A stretch of 64,000 bases of DNA, taken from assembly GCA_902469185.1 (NCBI GenBank), contig CABRBD010000028.1, forward strand, positions 27,644-91,643. The letters run 5' to 3'. The notes under the pieces are model-generated. The model had not been told where the DNA came from, made no database searches, and saw nothing but the letters and a program-made list of their open reading frames with translations. The position numbers and the translations under genes are program-made. Source of the DNA: an uncultured Collinsella sp. GTDB lineage: Bacteria > Actinomycetota > Coriobacteriia > Coriobacteriales > Coriobacteriaceae. The first letter of the stretch is position 1; every line of letters starts with the position of its first letter. This document shows positions 37,893 through 48,056 of this stretch, in pieces.

Positions 37893-38267
37893 CTACTCGG
37901 CGACGGGAGCCTCGGCAACAGCCTCGGCCTCTGCCTTGACAGCCTTCTTGGCGCGGGACGTAGCCTGGACCTTCACGATCTTCAGCTTGGTGAGCTGCTG
38001 ACGGTGACCCTTCAGACGACGATAGCGCTTACGCTTGTGGAACTTGAAGACCAGCTGCTTCTCGCCCTTGAACTGCTCAACGATCTGAGCGGTAACCTTG
38101 GCCTTGGCCAGCTTGTCGGGATCGGTGACGATCTTCTTACCATCGTTGAGGAAGATAACCGGCAGGGTGACCTTGTCGCCCTCATTGCCCTCGATCTTCT
38201 CGACGGTGATGACATCGTCGGTGGCGACCTTGTACTGCTTGCCGCCCGTGTTAACGATTGCGTACAT
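37893..38267 (-). CDS. rplU: 50S ribosomal protein L21
   Basis: MYAIVNTGGKQYKV, GHRQ. Confidence 0.98.
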   Translation of the reverse strand: MYAIVNTGGKQYKVATDDVITVEKIEGNEGDKVTLPVIFLNDGKKIVTDPDKLAKAKVTAQIVEQFKGEKQLVFKFHKRKRYRRLKGHRQQLTKLKIVKVQATSRAKKAVKAEAEAVAEAPVAE

Positions 38268-38334
38268 GTTTACTTGCCCTTCATGCATCAGTTAGTGCAA
38301 CAGCCGAATATAGTAGCAGGCGAAAATACCCCCG

Positions 38335-39147
38335 TCAACGAGTATGTGGAGCAAATCCACAAGTTCGCACAGGTATGGGGCTGACGAGTCGGCCCTCGTC
38401 GTCCTCGCATGCTTGATTCTGACGCTCGACATCGTAGGAGCAGATGGTCACGAGGTCTTGCATACCGGTGGAAACAATAGGTGCATCCACGCCCGGGGTC
38501 AAGCCCTGCAACAAAACATCAGCAGCGGAAAGCAAAATTTCCGGACGCATGGAGCCCTCGTTGTCGGCATGGGTGTCGAGCATGAGCACCAAATGGTCCG
38601 GGCGCTCCCCCGCCGTGAGCTCATAGCCCACGAGCGTGTGATCCAAATCCAAGCGCTTGCTCTTTTTGCCGCGCGCGTAGTCGATGCCATGGTCCGCGCG
38701 CAGTGTGTCGATCGCACGATGCACCTCGTCGGCGCTTACGGGCGCCTCGGGATCCAAGTGCAGGTCGATGCGATACGACAGGCGCGTGAGCTGCGCCGTC
38801 AACGCCGGCGTGCGCACGTCGATGTACGCTGCCTCGATAGGCGCCAGATCGGCCGGAGACGCCACAGACAGGCGCCCAAACGCCTCGTCGAGCGCCACGA
38901 ACTCGGTCATAAACAGGTCATACCATTCGCAGGTCGACGACGTACCCACCGGTAGCGCCGAAGAGAAACCCACGCGCATGTGCGGAGAGAAACCCTGCGT
39001 GACGGCATAGGGAAGTCCCGCACGGCGCACGATGCGCTCAATGGTATGGATTACTTCGAGATGGCCCAGGTACTTAAGGCGATCGCGCTTGCCATAGCGA
39101 ACACGAAGTCTAAAGAGCGTGGGGTTGTCGGTCAGGCGCTCACTCAT
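38335..39147 (-). CDS. Radical SAM-linked protein (TIGR03936/DUF2344-like)
   Basis: YLGHLE, RRAGLP...QGFSPH, ALPVG; directly follows the radical SAM gene. Confidence 0.85.
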   Translation of the reverse strand: MSERLTDNPTLFRLRVRYGKRDRLKYLGHLEVIHTIERIVRRAGLPYAVTQGFSPHMRVGFSSALPVGTSSTCEWYDLFMTEFVALDEAFGRLSVASPADLAPIEAAYIDVRTPALTAQLTRLSYRIDLHLDPEAPVSADEVHRAIDTLRADHGIDYARGKKSKRLDLDHTLVGYELTAGERPDHLVLMLDTHADNEGSMRPEILLSAADVLLQGLTPGVDAPIVSTGMQDLVTICSYDVERQNQACEDDEGRLVSPIPVRTCGFAPHTR

Positions 39148-41021
39148 GCGCGATCACCTATCAATACATTCTTGGCGTGGAGCGTGGGGCAGATCCCGCA
39201 GCCGGTGCACGACGTGCGGGTGCAGTCGGGAGTCGTGACGCCCTCGAGCGAGCGACGGTACTCGCGCTCGAGGAAGCCGCGCGTGCAGCCAGGGCTCACG
39301 TGCTCCCACGGCAGGCGCCAGTCCAACTCGTAGGGCAGGTGTACGAGCTCATTGAGGTCGATGCCGTTTTTGGCAGCAGCCTCCTTCCAGTTATCGAGCG
39401 AGAAATGCTCTACCCAGGCGTCAAAGCGAGAGCCCGAGCGCCAAGCGTCGATGATGACGGGCGTCATGTCACGACCGGCGCGGGACAGCGCGGCCTCGAT
39501 GAGCGATGTCTCGGCATCGTGGTAATGCACGCGGACGGCACGGTTGCGAACGCTCGTGATAAGCAGCTTCTGGCGACGCTTGACGTCGTCGTAGTCGAGC
39601 TGCGGGCACCACTGGAACGGCGTGGCAGCCTTGGGGATAAAGACCGAAACCGAGATGGACACCGAGATCGAGCCGCGACGAGCCTTGGGCACCACGGAAC
39701 GACCGAGCTCCAGCACGTGATCGGCCAGATTGGCGATGGCTACGATGTCCTCGTCGCGCTCGCCGGGAAGGCCCATCATAAAGTAGAGCTTCATGCGGTT
39801 CCAGCCGGCCTCGAAGGCCGCCTTGGCGGCACGGTCCAGGTCCTCCTCGGTCACGTTCTTGTTGATGATGTCGCGCATGCGCTGGCTGCCGGCCTCGGGC
39901 GCGAACGTCAGGCCGCCCTTCTTTTCGCCGGCGACCGACTCGGCCATATCCACGCCAAACGAATCCAGGCGCTGCGACGGAATAGACACGCGAATACCCG
40001 TATCCTCCAGGCGACGGTTGAGCCTGCCGAGCACGTCGCGAATGCAGGAGTGGTCGGTCGTGGAGAGCGAGGTCAGCGACACCTCGTCATAGCCAGTCTT
40101 TTCCAGACCCTGAATCACCGACGAGACGATCTGGTCGGCCGAGCGCTCGCGCACCGGGCGATACGTCATGCCTGCCTGGCAAAAACGACACCCGCGGGCG
40201 CAGCCGCGCAGGATCTCGATAGACAGGCGGTCGTGGACCAGCTGTGCATAGGGTACGCACGACTGCGACAGCGGATTGGTGGCACCAAAGTCCTCGACGA
40301 CGCGCTTGTAGACCACGGTCGGCGCATCCTTGCCTTCACGCGGCACGGTGTAGCCATGCGGCGAGCAGGGCTCGTCGTGACGGACCTCATAGAGCGACGG
40401 CACGTAGTTGCCGGCAATGGATGCAAGCTGCTCAACAATCTGCGCGCGCGGGACCCCTTCGTCACGCAGGCGGCGATGCAGCTGGCAGGTCTCGAGCAGC
40501 GATTCCTCGCCCTCGCCGATGAGGATGGCATCGAAGAAGGCCGCGTACGGCTCGGGGTTGTACACCGAAGGACCACCGGCGATGATAATGGGATCGTCCT
40601 CAGTGCGGTCGGCCGCTAACAGCGGAATGTCAGCGAGGTCGAGAGCCTCGAGGAAGTTCGTCACCGCCATCTCGTGCGGCACATGTAGGCCAACGATATC
40701 AAACGAAGCGACGGGGGCAGCACCTTCGAGCGACAGCAGCGGAATGCCCGCCTCGCGCATAGCGTCACCCATATCGGGCCACGGCACATAGCCGCGCTCG
40801 CAGGAGATGCCCTCGGCCTGGTTAAGGATGTTGTAGAGGATGGCGATGCCCTGGTTGGGCAGACCGACCTCGTACACATCCGGATAGATCAGGCAGCAAC
40901 GGTAGTCGGCATCGGCCTTGGAAAGCGTGCCCCACTCGTGATCGATATAGCGGCTCGGTTTCTCGACCTTGGCGAGCAGCGGCTCAATTAAATGAAAACA
41001 GTCTTGGTATGCAACGCGCAA
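39144..41021 (-). CDS. B12-binding-like radical SAM protein (TIGR03960-like)
   Basis: KPSRY, PDVYEVG, NPEP, RGCARGCRFCQAG (CxxxCxxC), TFAPEAGS, C-terminal Cys cluster. Confidence 0.9.
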   Translation of the reverse strand: MRVAYQDCFHLIEPLLAKVEKPSRYIDHEWGTLSKADADYRCCLIYPDVYEVGLPNQGIAILYNILNQAEGISCERGYVPWPDMGDAMREAGIPLLSLEGAAPVASFDIVGLHVPHEMAVTNFLEALDLADIPLLAADRTEDDPIIIAGGPSVYNPEPYAAFFDAILIGEGEESLLETCQLHRRLRDEGVPRAQIVEQLASIAGNYVPSLYEVRHDEPCSPHGYTVPREGKDAPTVVYKRVVEDFGATNPLSQSCVPYAQLVHDRLSIEILRGCARGCRFCQAGMTYRPVRERSADQIVSSVIQGLEKTGYDEVSLTSLSTTDHSCIRDVLGRLNRRLEDTGIRVSIPSQRLDSFGVDMAESVAGEKKGGLTFAPEAGSQRMRDIINKNVTEEDLDRAAKAAFEAGWNRMKLYFMMGLPGERDEDIVAIANLADHVLELGRSVVPKARRGSISVSISVSVFIPKAATPFQWCPQLDYDDVKRRQKLLITSVRNRAVRVHYHDAETSLIEAALSRAGRDMTPVIIDAWRSGSRFDAWVEHFSLDNWKEAAAKNGIDLNELVHLPYELDWRLPWEHVSPGCTRGFLEREYRRSLEGVTTPDCTRTSCTGCGICPTLHAKNVLIGDRA

Positions 41022-41031
41022 CGGAAAACCC

Positions 41032-41961
41032 CTAAGCAGCGAGATCGGATGCGTCCTGGTAGGACGCCATAGGACGGGTAGCGCCCGCGACCGTGGTCAC
41101 CAGATCGCGAACGCGGGAGAACGTGGCAGTGACCACCTCGTTGGCACGGCTGTAGTCGACATCGCGCTCGTAGAGCGAAACGAGCGCACGGCCCATGCCA
41201 TAGGTGCCCGCGGCAGCAGTGAGCGCCTTGACGGCAAACCCGATATGCGGCGTCTGCTTGACGAGCGCACGGGTGACCGCGCGGATTACAAGACCGCCGG
41301 CAAGCACGCCCGCGACCTCGTAGCCGCGCTCAGGCTTAATGCCGCGCCCAAAGACGGCAGCGAGCTCAAAGAGCATGCCCACCTGCGCCAGCGCCATAAC
41401 GGGATAATCGGCGCCCGGCAAAAACACCAGCGCACCGGTCGCCATATTGGTAAGCGCGCACGAGGTGATGATGCGATTGGCCGCCGCGATGCGCATGAAG
41501 GCAAAGTTCGCCGCAAAAGCCGTTTCCTTGTCGGTGCGATCGAGAATCCAGCGGGCAAGCGTCTCGAGCAGATACGTCTTATCGGTTGCCGCTACCACGC
41601 CGAGCATGGGCGTGGACTCCTCGATAAACGGCACCTCCACAGCAGACTCGGCAAGCACGCACACGGGCGCGCCGGCGATCACGAGCTCCTGCACGGCACT
41701 CTCCAAGCGGTCGGAACCACACGAGAGCACCAGCACCACATCGGTATCGGTCTTTGGAGCAATTCGCTCCTCCCCCAGACGCTCGACGCGCACAATGCCC
41801 GAGGTCGTCTGCGGCACAAAGGCGTCACGCACCGTCTCGGCCAGAAAGCGCGAGGCGGACGAATCCAGATAGACCGAGACGCGCACCGGCGTATCGGAAT
41901 CCTTCTTAACGGACGCGCCCATCTTAAAAGCGCGGGTCAGCTTATCTACGGGAATTTTCAT
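41032..41961 (-). CDS. Conserved hypothetical protein, DUF697-like C-terminal membrane region
   Basis: 309-aa ORF in operon; C-terminal PGADYPVMALAQVGM...AVFG followed by Ala/Gly-rich helices. Confidence 0.6.
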   Translation of the reverse strand: MKIPVDKLTRAFKMGASVKKDSDTPVRVSVYLDSSASRFLAETVRDAFVPQTTSGIVRVERLGEERIAPKTDTDVVLVLSCGSDRLESAVQELVIAGAPVCVLAESAVEVPFIEESTPMLGVVAATDKTYLLETLARWILDRTDKETAFAANFAFMRIAAANRIITSCALTNMATGALVFLPGADYPVMALAQVGMLFELAAVFGRGIKPERGYEVAGVLAGGLVIRAVTRALVKQTPHIGFAVKALTAAAGTYGMGRALVSLYERDVDYSRANEVVTATFSRVRDLVTTVAGATRPMASYQDASDLAA

Positions 41962-41979
41962 AGCAAACCCCTTCAGCGG

Positions 41980-43206
41980 TTACGCGGCGCCCGAACGATG
42001 CCGCCATATGGATTGTACGATACCCACCGTCAGCAGCTGAATCATCATCGAAGACGAACCGAAGCTAATAAACGGTAGCGGAATACCGGTAATCGGCATC
42101 ATGCCGATGCACATGCCGATGTTTTCGAAGGTCTGGAACGCCCACATGCCAACGATGCCCACGCACGATAGGCGCAAGAACAGCGACTCACACTTAAAGG
42201 CGACGCGAATCGTCGAAAAGATCAGCAGCACGTAGAGGCACAGCAGCAAAAAGGAGCCGCAGAAGCCAAAGGTCTCGGACAAAAAGGCGAAGACGAAGTC
42301 GGTATGGAACTCGGGTAGGAAGCCGCCGGCCGACTGCGTCGCATGCCCCAGGCCCTTACCAAAGAAACCGCCCGAGCCGACCGCGATCAACGACTGCTGC
42401 AGGTTGTAGGCATCGTCCGAATCGGCATTATCGGGGTCGATAAAGACCGTCAGACGGTTCATCTGATACTGCTTGATGAGCACATCGTGGCCGAGCAACG
42501 AATCGAAGACCGAATCGAGCGCTAGGACGAGGGCCACCAGGCCCACGAGTAGGGCCAGGGTCGACAGCACCCATTCGCGGCGTGCACCGCTCATACAAAT
42601 GACGATGGCGCCAGAAACCAGCACGACCAGGCCCGAGCCCAGGTCGCCCATGGCAACGACGGCCAAAAACGGAATGGACAGCATGCCGCAAAGCTTGACG
42701 TAGTCGCGAACGGTATCGATGCGCCCGTTATACTGCGAGCCAAGCGTAGCAATAAAGAAAATGGTGATGAGCTTGGCAAGCTCAACCGGCTGGAATGTCA
42801 AGCCGATACCGGGAATCTTGATCCAGCCCGTCATGCCCAGACCGCCCGTATAGGACAGACCCGGAATCTTAGGCGAAAAGATCACGATCAGGTCGATGAC
42901 GAGCAACGCCGTCGAGAAATTGGAAATACCGCGCAGGTCGGTACGCCAGACCAGCACCGCCAGCACCGCACCGATGCCAATTCCCAGCAGATGGCGTGAG
43001 AACGAGGCATCGGCCTTAAACTGCGAAGCCGACCAGATGATGATGGCACCGTAGGCAACGAGCGCCACAGTAGCCACGAGCACGCCGATATGCACCTTTT
43101 GGCGAAACGTGCCGCGCGAGGCCGAAAGTTGCTTGTTGACGCGGTCCAGGCTGCTGCGAGAGCCGGTCTTGGTTGAACGGAACAGATCCGCCGGAGAAAA
43201 ATCCAT
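41980..43206 (-). CDS. rodA: SEDS family rod-shape peptidoglycan polymerase
   Basis: QPVELAK, DLG, QSLIAVGSGG, LPEFHTDF, PITGIPLPFISFGSSS; follows PBP2. Confidence 0.93.
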   Translation of the reverse strand: MDFSPADLFRSTKTGSRSSLDRVNKQLSASRGTFRQKVHIGVLVATVALVAYGAIIIWSASQFKADASFSRHLLGIGIGAVLAVLVWRTDLRGISNFSTALLVIDLIVIFSPKIPGLSYTGGLGMTGWIKIPGIGLTFQPVELAKLITIFFIATLGSQYNGRIDTVRDYVKLCGMLSIPFLAVVAMGDLGSGLVVLVSGAIVICMSGARREWVLSTLALLVGLVALVLALDSVFDSLLGHDVLIKQYQMNRLTVFIDPDNADSDDAYNLQQSLIAVGSGGFFGKGLGHATQSAGGFLPEFHTDFVFAFLSETFGFCGSFLLLCLYVLLIFSTIRVAFKCESLFLRLSCVGIVGMWAFQTFENIGMCIGMMPITGIPLPFISFGSSSMMIQLLTVGIVQSIWRHRSGAA

Positions 43207-43215
43207 CGCAACCTC

Positions 43216-45285
43216 CTATCGAACCGAAGAATCGCCCGAGGCCGAAGAGGTATCGGGCTCGTCATAAATCACGCCGAGTACATCGCGCACGACATGCATC
43301 GCGGTATCTGAGCCGCCGCCGCCCTGCTCCAGGACAGTAGCGATGACATACTTGGGGTCATCGGCCGGTGCATAGGCGCAGAACCACGCGTATTCGTCCT
43401 CGCCGCTTTTCTCGCCCGTGCCCGACTTGCCGTATACCTGCGGCGTCAGGGTGCCAAAGTGCGCCGCCAGGGACGTCGATGCCGTGTAAATCACGTCGTG
43501 CATGCCGTTGCGAACCAGAGCCAAATCCGAATCGCTGTTGATCTTGGCCTCCAAGCGCTTCTTCTTGCCCTTGCCGTTGTACTTATAGGCATCGCCGTCG
43601 CCATCGCGCGACACGGCAGATAAAAACACGTGAGGCACGTACTGTTTACCGCCGTTGGCAAGACCCATATAGGCGCACGCCATCTGCAGGGGCGTCACCA
43701 GGATGTCGCCCTGGCCGATAGCAATGTTGGTCATATCGCCGGCATTCCACTTGCGGTCCTCGGCAGATGCGTCGGTGAAGTACGACTCTTTCCACTCGGC
43801 ATCGGGAATACGGCCCGCGCCCTCACTCGGCAGATCGATACCGCAGGTCTTGCCTAGGCCCCAGCGACGAAAGACCTCCTGCAAGCCCTCGGAATGTTTC
43901 TCGTCATAAAAGAACGCCTTGCCCATGTCGTAGAAGACGGGGTCGCACGAGTTGGCGATACCCGACTGCAGCGTCATGGTGCCGTGGCCGGAATGCAGCC
44001 AGCAGTACTTGCCCCACGACTTGCCCAGACCCGTCCAATAGCCCGTGCAGTTGGTCGTCTGCCCCGACGTGTAGGTTCCAAACTCAAGACCGGCCAGTGC
44101 CGAGAGCGGCTTGATGGTCGAAGCCGACATGTACTGTCCGCTAATGGCGCGGTTGAGCAGCGGGTGCGAACCCTTGTCATCATTGAGCTCGGTCCACACG
44201 TCATTTGAGACGCCGCCGATAAAGACGGACGGATCGAACTTGGGCTCGCTCGCCATGCCCAGGATCTCGCCATTGTTGGGATCGAGACACACCACAGCGC
44301 CGTTGCCGGCATTGCTGTAGCCAGTGGTCTTGGCAAGCTCGATAGCGCTCGCCAGTGCCGTCTCGCAGGCCTGTTGGATCTTAAGGTCGAGCGTGAGCTT
44401 AATGTCGGAGCCGGCCTTCGCGGGCACGGCGCCGGCCTGACCAGTCACATTGCCCGAGGCATCGACCTTGACGGTCTGCTCACCACGAATACCCTGCAGC
44501 AGGTTTTCGTAGTAGCTCTCAACGCCCGCCTGGCCCACGATATCGCCCGACTGGTACGTAATCTTGCCAGCAGAAGCATCATCATCGCCAGAGGTTTTCT
44601 TATTCTGGGCCTCGAGCTGCTCGGAGGTAATGGTGCCGGTATAGCCTAAGATATGGCATGCCGTCTCGCCATATGGATACTGACGCTCAGTACGCTCGGC
44701 AATCTTGACGCCCGGGAACTCGCCGGCGTGTTCCTTGATATAGGCAACCGTGGAGCGACGGACGTCCGTCGCGATGGTATGCAGGCTCTGGGCACCCTCG
44801 GTATTGTCCTGAATATTGCGAAGGACCGCCACGTAGGGCATTCCAAGCACGTTGGCAAGATGGCGAACCAGAACCTCATCCTCGGCAAGGTCGCGGTAGG
44901 CCACGACAGCAAGTGAGGGACGGTTCTGGACAAGCGCCACGCCATTGCGGTCGAGGATGCGACCGCGCACAGCGGGAGTGGTAACGGTGCGAGTCTGATT
45001 GCTATTAGCCTGCTTCTCGTAATAGTCCGACGAGACCATCTGCATGCCCCACAGCTTAACGGCAAGCGCCGCAAACATCGCGCCCACACCCGCGGTGAGG
45101 ATGGAAAAGCGGCCCTTAAAGGCGGTCGCCGCGGTATTGCCCTCGCCCTCGGTGGCGTGCGGGGCCGTTCCATGCTGCGTATCGTAGGTAAAACGGGAAT
45201 CGCCACGACGCATGATGACCAGCGCGACCACGATGGCCACGACCAGCACGATACCGGCGATAATAACCGTCATCTGGGAAGACAT
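43216..45285 (-). CDS. mrdA: Penicillin-binding protein 2 (class B)
   Basis: RGRILDRNG, STIK (SxxK), SCD, KSG motifs. Confidence 0.93.
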   Translation of the reverse strand: MSSQMTVIIAGIVLVVAIVVALVIMRRGDSRFTYDTQHGTAPHATEGEGNTAATAFKGRFSILTAGVGAMFAALAVKLWGMQMVSSDYYEKQANSNQTRTVTTPAVRGRILDRNGVALVQNRPSLAVVAYRDLAEDEVLVRHLANVLGMPYVAVLRNIQDNTEGAQSLHTIATDVRRSTVAYIKEHAGEFPGVKIAERTERQYPYGETACHILGYTGTITSEQLEAQNKKTSGDDDASAGKITYQSGDIVGQAGVESYYENLLQGIRGEQTVKVDASGNVTGQAGAVPAKAGSDIKLTLDLKIQQACETALASAIELAKTTGYSNAGNGAVVCLDPNNGEILGMASEPKFDPSVFIGGVSNDVWTELNDDKGSHPLLNRAISGQYMSASTIKPLSALAGLEFGTYTSGQTTNCTGYWTGLGKSWGKYCWLHSGHGTMTLQSGIANSCDPVFYDMGKAFFYDEKHSEGLQEVFRRWGLGKTCGIDLPSEGAGRIPDAEWKESYFTDASAEDRKWNAGDMTNIAIGQGDILVTPLQMACAYMGLANGGKQYVPHVFLSAVSRDGDGDAYKYNGKGKKKRLEAKINSDSDLALVRNGMHDVIYTASTSLAAHFGTLTPQVYGKSGTGEKSGEDEYAWFCAYAPADDPKYVIATVLEQGGGGSDTAMHVVRDVLGVIYDEPDTSSASGDSSVR

Positions 45286-45298
45286 CTACGGGCCTCCC

Positions 45299-45871
45299 CT
45301 ATTTGAGCTTGCGGGTCTTGGGCTTAAAGCGCATACCCGTCTGGCGTCCGCCACGTGCGGAGAATCCATAGCCGGACTGCGGCACGACGCCGGACATCAA
45401 AAATGGAATGGCAACCAGACCCGTCAGGATCGAAGACGGCAGCGCATGGCCGAAGATCGCCACGACAAAGCTCGTCTCCAAACCCATAAACAGCAAGATG
45501 ATGCTGTAAATCACATTAATGACGAGTGCGAAGGTGCCCACCGTGATGCCGCGCGCACTCGGGGTACCGCCCGTCTGACCGGCGGCGCTGTGCACCAGGG
45601 CAAAAGAACCCACGGTCAGCAGGAGCGACATAACGCCCACCGGCACGGCAGCGGACAGGTCATAAAACAAGCCGCTGCAAAAACCGCACGCGACGGCACG
45701 GCTCGGGTCGCCCGAGAACACACTCAGGCACACAAGAATAATCATAAAGTTGACGCGACCGCCCGCAATGGAGATCTGCGGTGCGAGGCCTGCCTGCAGC
45801 AGCACGCACACGATGGCGGCGATTACAAACGTGCGGGAGCTCATCCCCTGCTCGTGTAGATCCATGGACAT
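45299..45871 (-). CDS. mreD: Rod shape-determining protein MreD
   Basis: Hydrophobic protein with GLFYD; lies between mreC and pbp2. Confidence 0.85.
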   Translation of the reverse strand: MSMDLHEQGMSSRTFVIAAIVCVLLQAGLAPQISIAGGRVNFMIILVCLSVFSGDPSRAVACGFCSGLFYDLSAAVPVGVMSLLLTVGSFALVHSAAGQTGGTPSARGITVGTFALVINVIYSIILLFMGLETSFVVAIFGHALPSSILTGLVAIPFLMSGVVPQSGYGFSARGGRQTGMRFKPKTRKLK

Positions 45872-45877
45872 GCCCCC

Positions 45878-46876
45878 CTATTCGCTCGAGCCGGAATCGG
45901 TCGTCTCGGACGTGTCGGAACTGTCATCCGAGCTCTCGTCCTTCGTCTTGGTCGCAGCATCGCGCGACGTTCCCTGCGGCGTGCTATTAGCGGTGCTCAC
46001 GTCCTCATCCGAGGCCGACTGTTCGTCGGTCAGCGAGGTAATGACCAGCACTTCCTCGTTGTTCTCGGCCGTTGTCTGAGCGCGCACCACAATGGTGTAG
46101 TACACGTCGTTTGCAGATTTCTCAACCGACGAGACGGTGCCGAGCGGTAGACCCTTGGGGAACACGCCACCGATGCCAGAAGTAACGATGATGTCGCCAA
46201 CCTTAACATCGGAGTCGACGCTCACGTACTCAAGACGCAGCGTGTCGTCAGCCTGACCCTGCAGCATGCCCTGGGCGCGAGTGTCCTGCACCATGGCGGA
46301 CACGCCCGAGTTCTCGTCGCCAATCAGGCGCACGGTCGATGTCTTGGCCGAAACTTCGATGATCTGGCCGATAACACCGGCCGAACTCGTCACGGGCATG
46401 TTGATGGAAAGCCCGTCGGCAGAGCCCTTGTCGATGGTTACGGTCGAAGTCCAGGCATCGCCCGAGGCACCAACGATACGAGCTGCGGTCGATTTGAGGT
46501 TGTAGGTCGACTGCAGGCCGACCAGCCCCTCCAGACGCTCAGCAGTCTTTTGGGCCTCGGAGAGCTCGGCGACCTTAGAGGTCAGCTCCTCATTTTGCTT
46601 CTTAAGCTCGTCAAGCGTGTCCTGCGACGCCGTAAGGTTAGAGAACACGTTGCCGATCGCATTGAAGGGAGCCGCCACAGCCGAGCCGACGAAGCGCACC
46701 GGCGAGGTAATCGTCGTCACGCCCGAACGCACGGCATGAATCGGCCCGGCCTCGCCCTCACGAATATAAAACGTGAGCAGCAACACCGAAATCAGGCTGA
46801 AAACAATCAACGGGCGCATACCCGTTGATTGTCGCTTGGTATTCAGATTTGTGGAGAAACCCGAAGATCGTGCCAA
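45878..46876 (-). CDS. mreC: Rod shape-determining protein MreC
   Basis: TM + coiled coil, IDKGS..G, TSGIGGVFPKGL. Confidence 0.93.
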   Translation of the reverse strand: MARSSGFSTNLNTKRQSTGMRPLIVFSLISVLLLTFYIREGEAGPIHAVRSGVTTITSPVRFVGSAVAAPFNAIGNVFSNLTASQDTLDELKKQNEELTSKVAELSEAQKTAERLEGLVGLQSTYNLKSTAARIVGASGDAWTSTVTIDKGSADGLSINMPVTSSAGVIGQIIEVSAKTSTVRLIGDENSGVSAMVQDTRAQGMLQGQADDTLRLEYVSVDSDVKVGDIIVTSGIGGVFPKGLPLGTVSSVEKSANDVYYTIVVRAQTTAENNEEVLVITSLTDEQSASDEDVSTANSTPQGTSRDAATKTKDESSDDSSDTSETTDSGSSE

Positions 46877-46897
46877 ATGGAATCCACCTTTTGGAAA

Positions 46898-47941
46898 TTA
46901 AGCATTGGTCTGGACGAAGCCGCCATCAAACGCATTGGCCTCGAGCACGCGGGCACAGCCGTTAACGACGTTATCGAGCGCCGTGGGGCTAACGTTGACC
47001 GAAACGCCAGTCTCATCGCGCAGGCGCACGTCGAGACCGCGCAGCAGCGCGCCACCACCGGTCAGCAAAATGCCGTAGTACATAAGGTCCGAGGCAAGAT
47101 CGGGAGGCGTGGCGTCGAGTGCATCCTTGACGGCCTTGGCCATCTCGTCGAGCGGCTTGTTAAGTGCGCGACGAATCTCCTCGCTCTCGATGCGCACGGT
47201 CTTGGGCAGACCGGTGATCACGTCGCGGCCGTTGACCTCGACGTCGAGCTCGTCCTTGAGCGGCACGGCGGAGCCGACCTTGATCTTGATGTCCTCTGCC
47301 GTACGCTCGCCGATGGCCAGGTTGTAGGCATCGCGAACGTGCGTGAGGATGGCCTGGTCGAACTCGTCGCCGGCAATACGGATGGACTGCGAGACGACGA
47401 TGCCGCCCATAGCGATAACGGCAACCTCGGTGGTACCGCCACCGATGTCGATGACCATGGAGCCGGTGGGCTCCTCGACGGGCAGGTCGGCGCCGATGGC
47501 GGCAGCCATAGGCTCTTCGATCAGATAGGCCTGGCGGGCACCGGCCTGGATCGTGGCCTCAAAGACAGCGCGCTTCTCGACCGACGTGACGCCGGAGGGA
47601 ACGCAGACGACAACACGCGGACGCGGAGTCCACGGATAGCGCTTCTCGGACGCCTTGTCGATAAAGTAGCGAAGCATGGCCTCGGTAACGTCGAAGTCGG
47701 CGATGACGCCGTCCTTCAGGGGACGAACGGCCACGATGTTGCCGGGCGTACGGCCGAGCATGCGCTTTGCCTCGATACCGACCGCCAGGATGCGCTCGTC
47801 ATTCTTGTCGATGGCGACTACAGAGGGCTCACGAATGACGATGCCCTTGCCGCGCACTGAGACAAGCGTATTGGCGGTGCCAAGGTCGATGGCAAGATCG
47901 CCCGCATAGCTACCGAAGAACATATCCATCAAAGAAAACAA
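46898..47941 (-). CDS. mreB: Actin-like MreB
   Basis: IDLGTANT, EPMAAAIGA, DIGGGTT, TGGGALL. Confidence 0.97.
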   Translation of the reverse strand: MFSLMDMFFGSYAGDLAIDLGTANTLVSVRGKGIVIREPSVVAIDKNDERILAVGIEAKRMLGRTPGNIVAVRPLKDGVIADFDVTEAMLRYFIDKASEKRYPWTPRPRVVVCVPSGVTSVEKRAVFEATIQAGARQAYLIEEPMAAAIGADLPVEEPTGSMVIDIGGGTTEVAVIAMGGIVVSQSIRIAGDEFDQAILTHVRDAYNLAIGERTAEDIKIKVGSAVPLKDELDVEVNGRDVITGLPKTVRIESEEIRRALNKPLDEMAKAVKDALDATPPDLASDLMYYGILLTGGGALLRGLDVRLRDETGVSVNVSPTALDNVVNGCARVLEANAFDGGFVQTNA

Positions 47942-48056
47942 CGCAACTCCTGATGTGTTGGATGATTGCTGGAAAACTACTAGCTCATCATACTAGCGCA
48001 AGCCCGGCACCTCACTTGCGGTGAAGCGCCGGGCAAAGCTAAATCCCATAAGGTCA

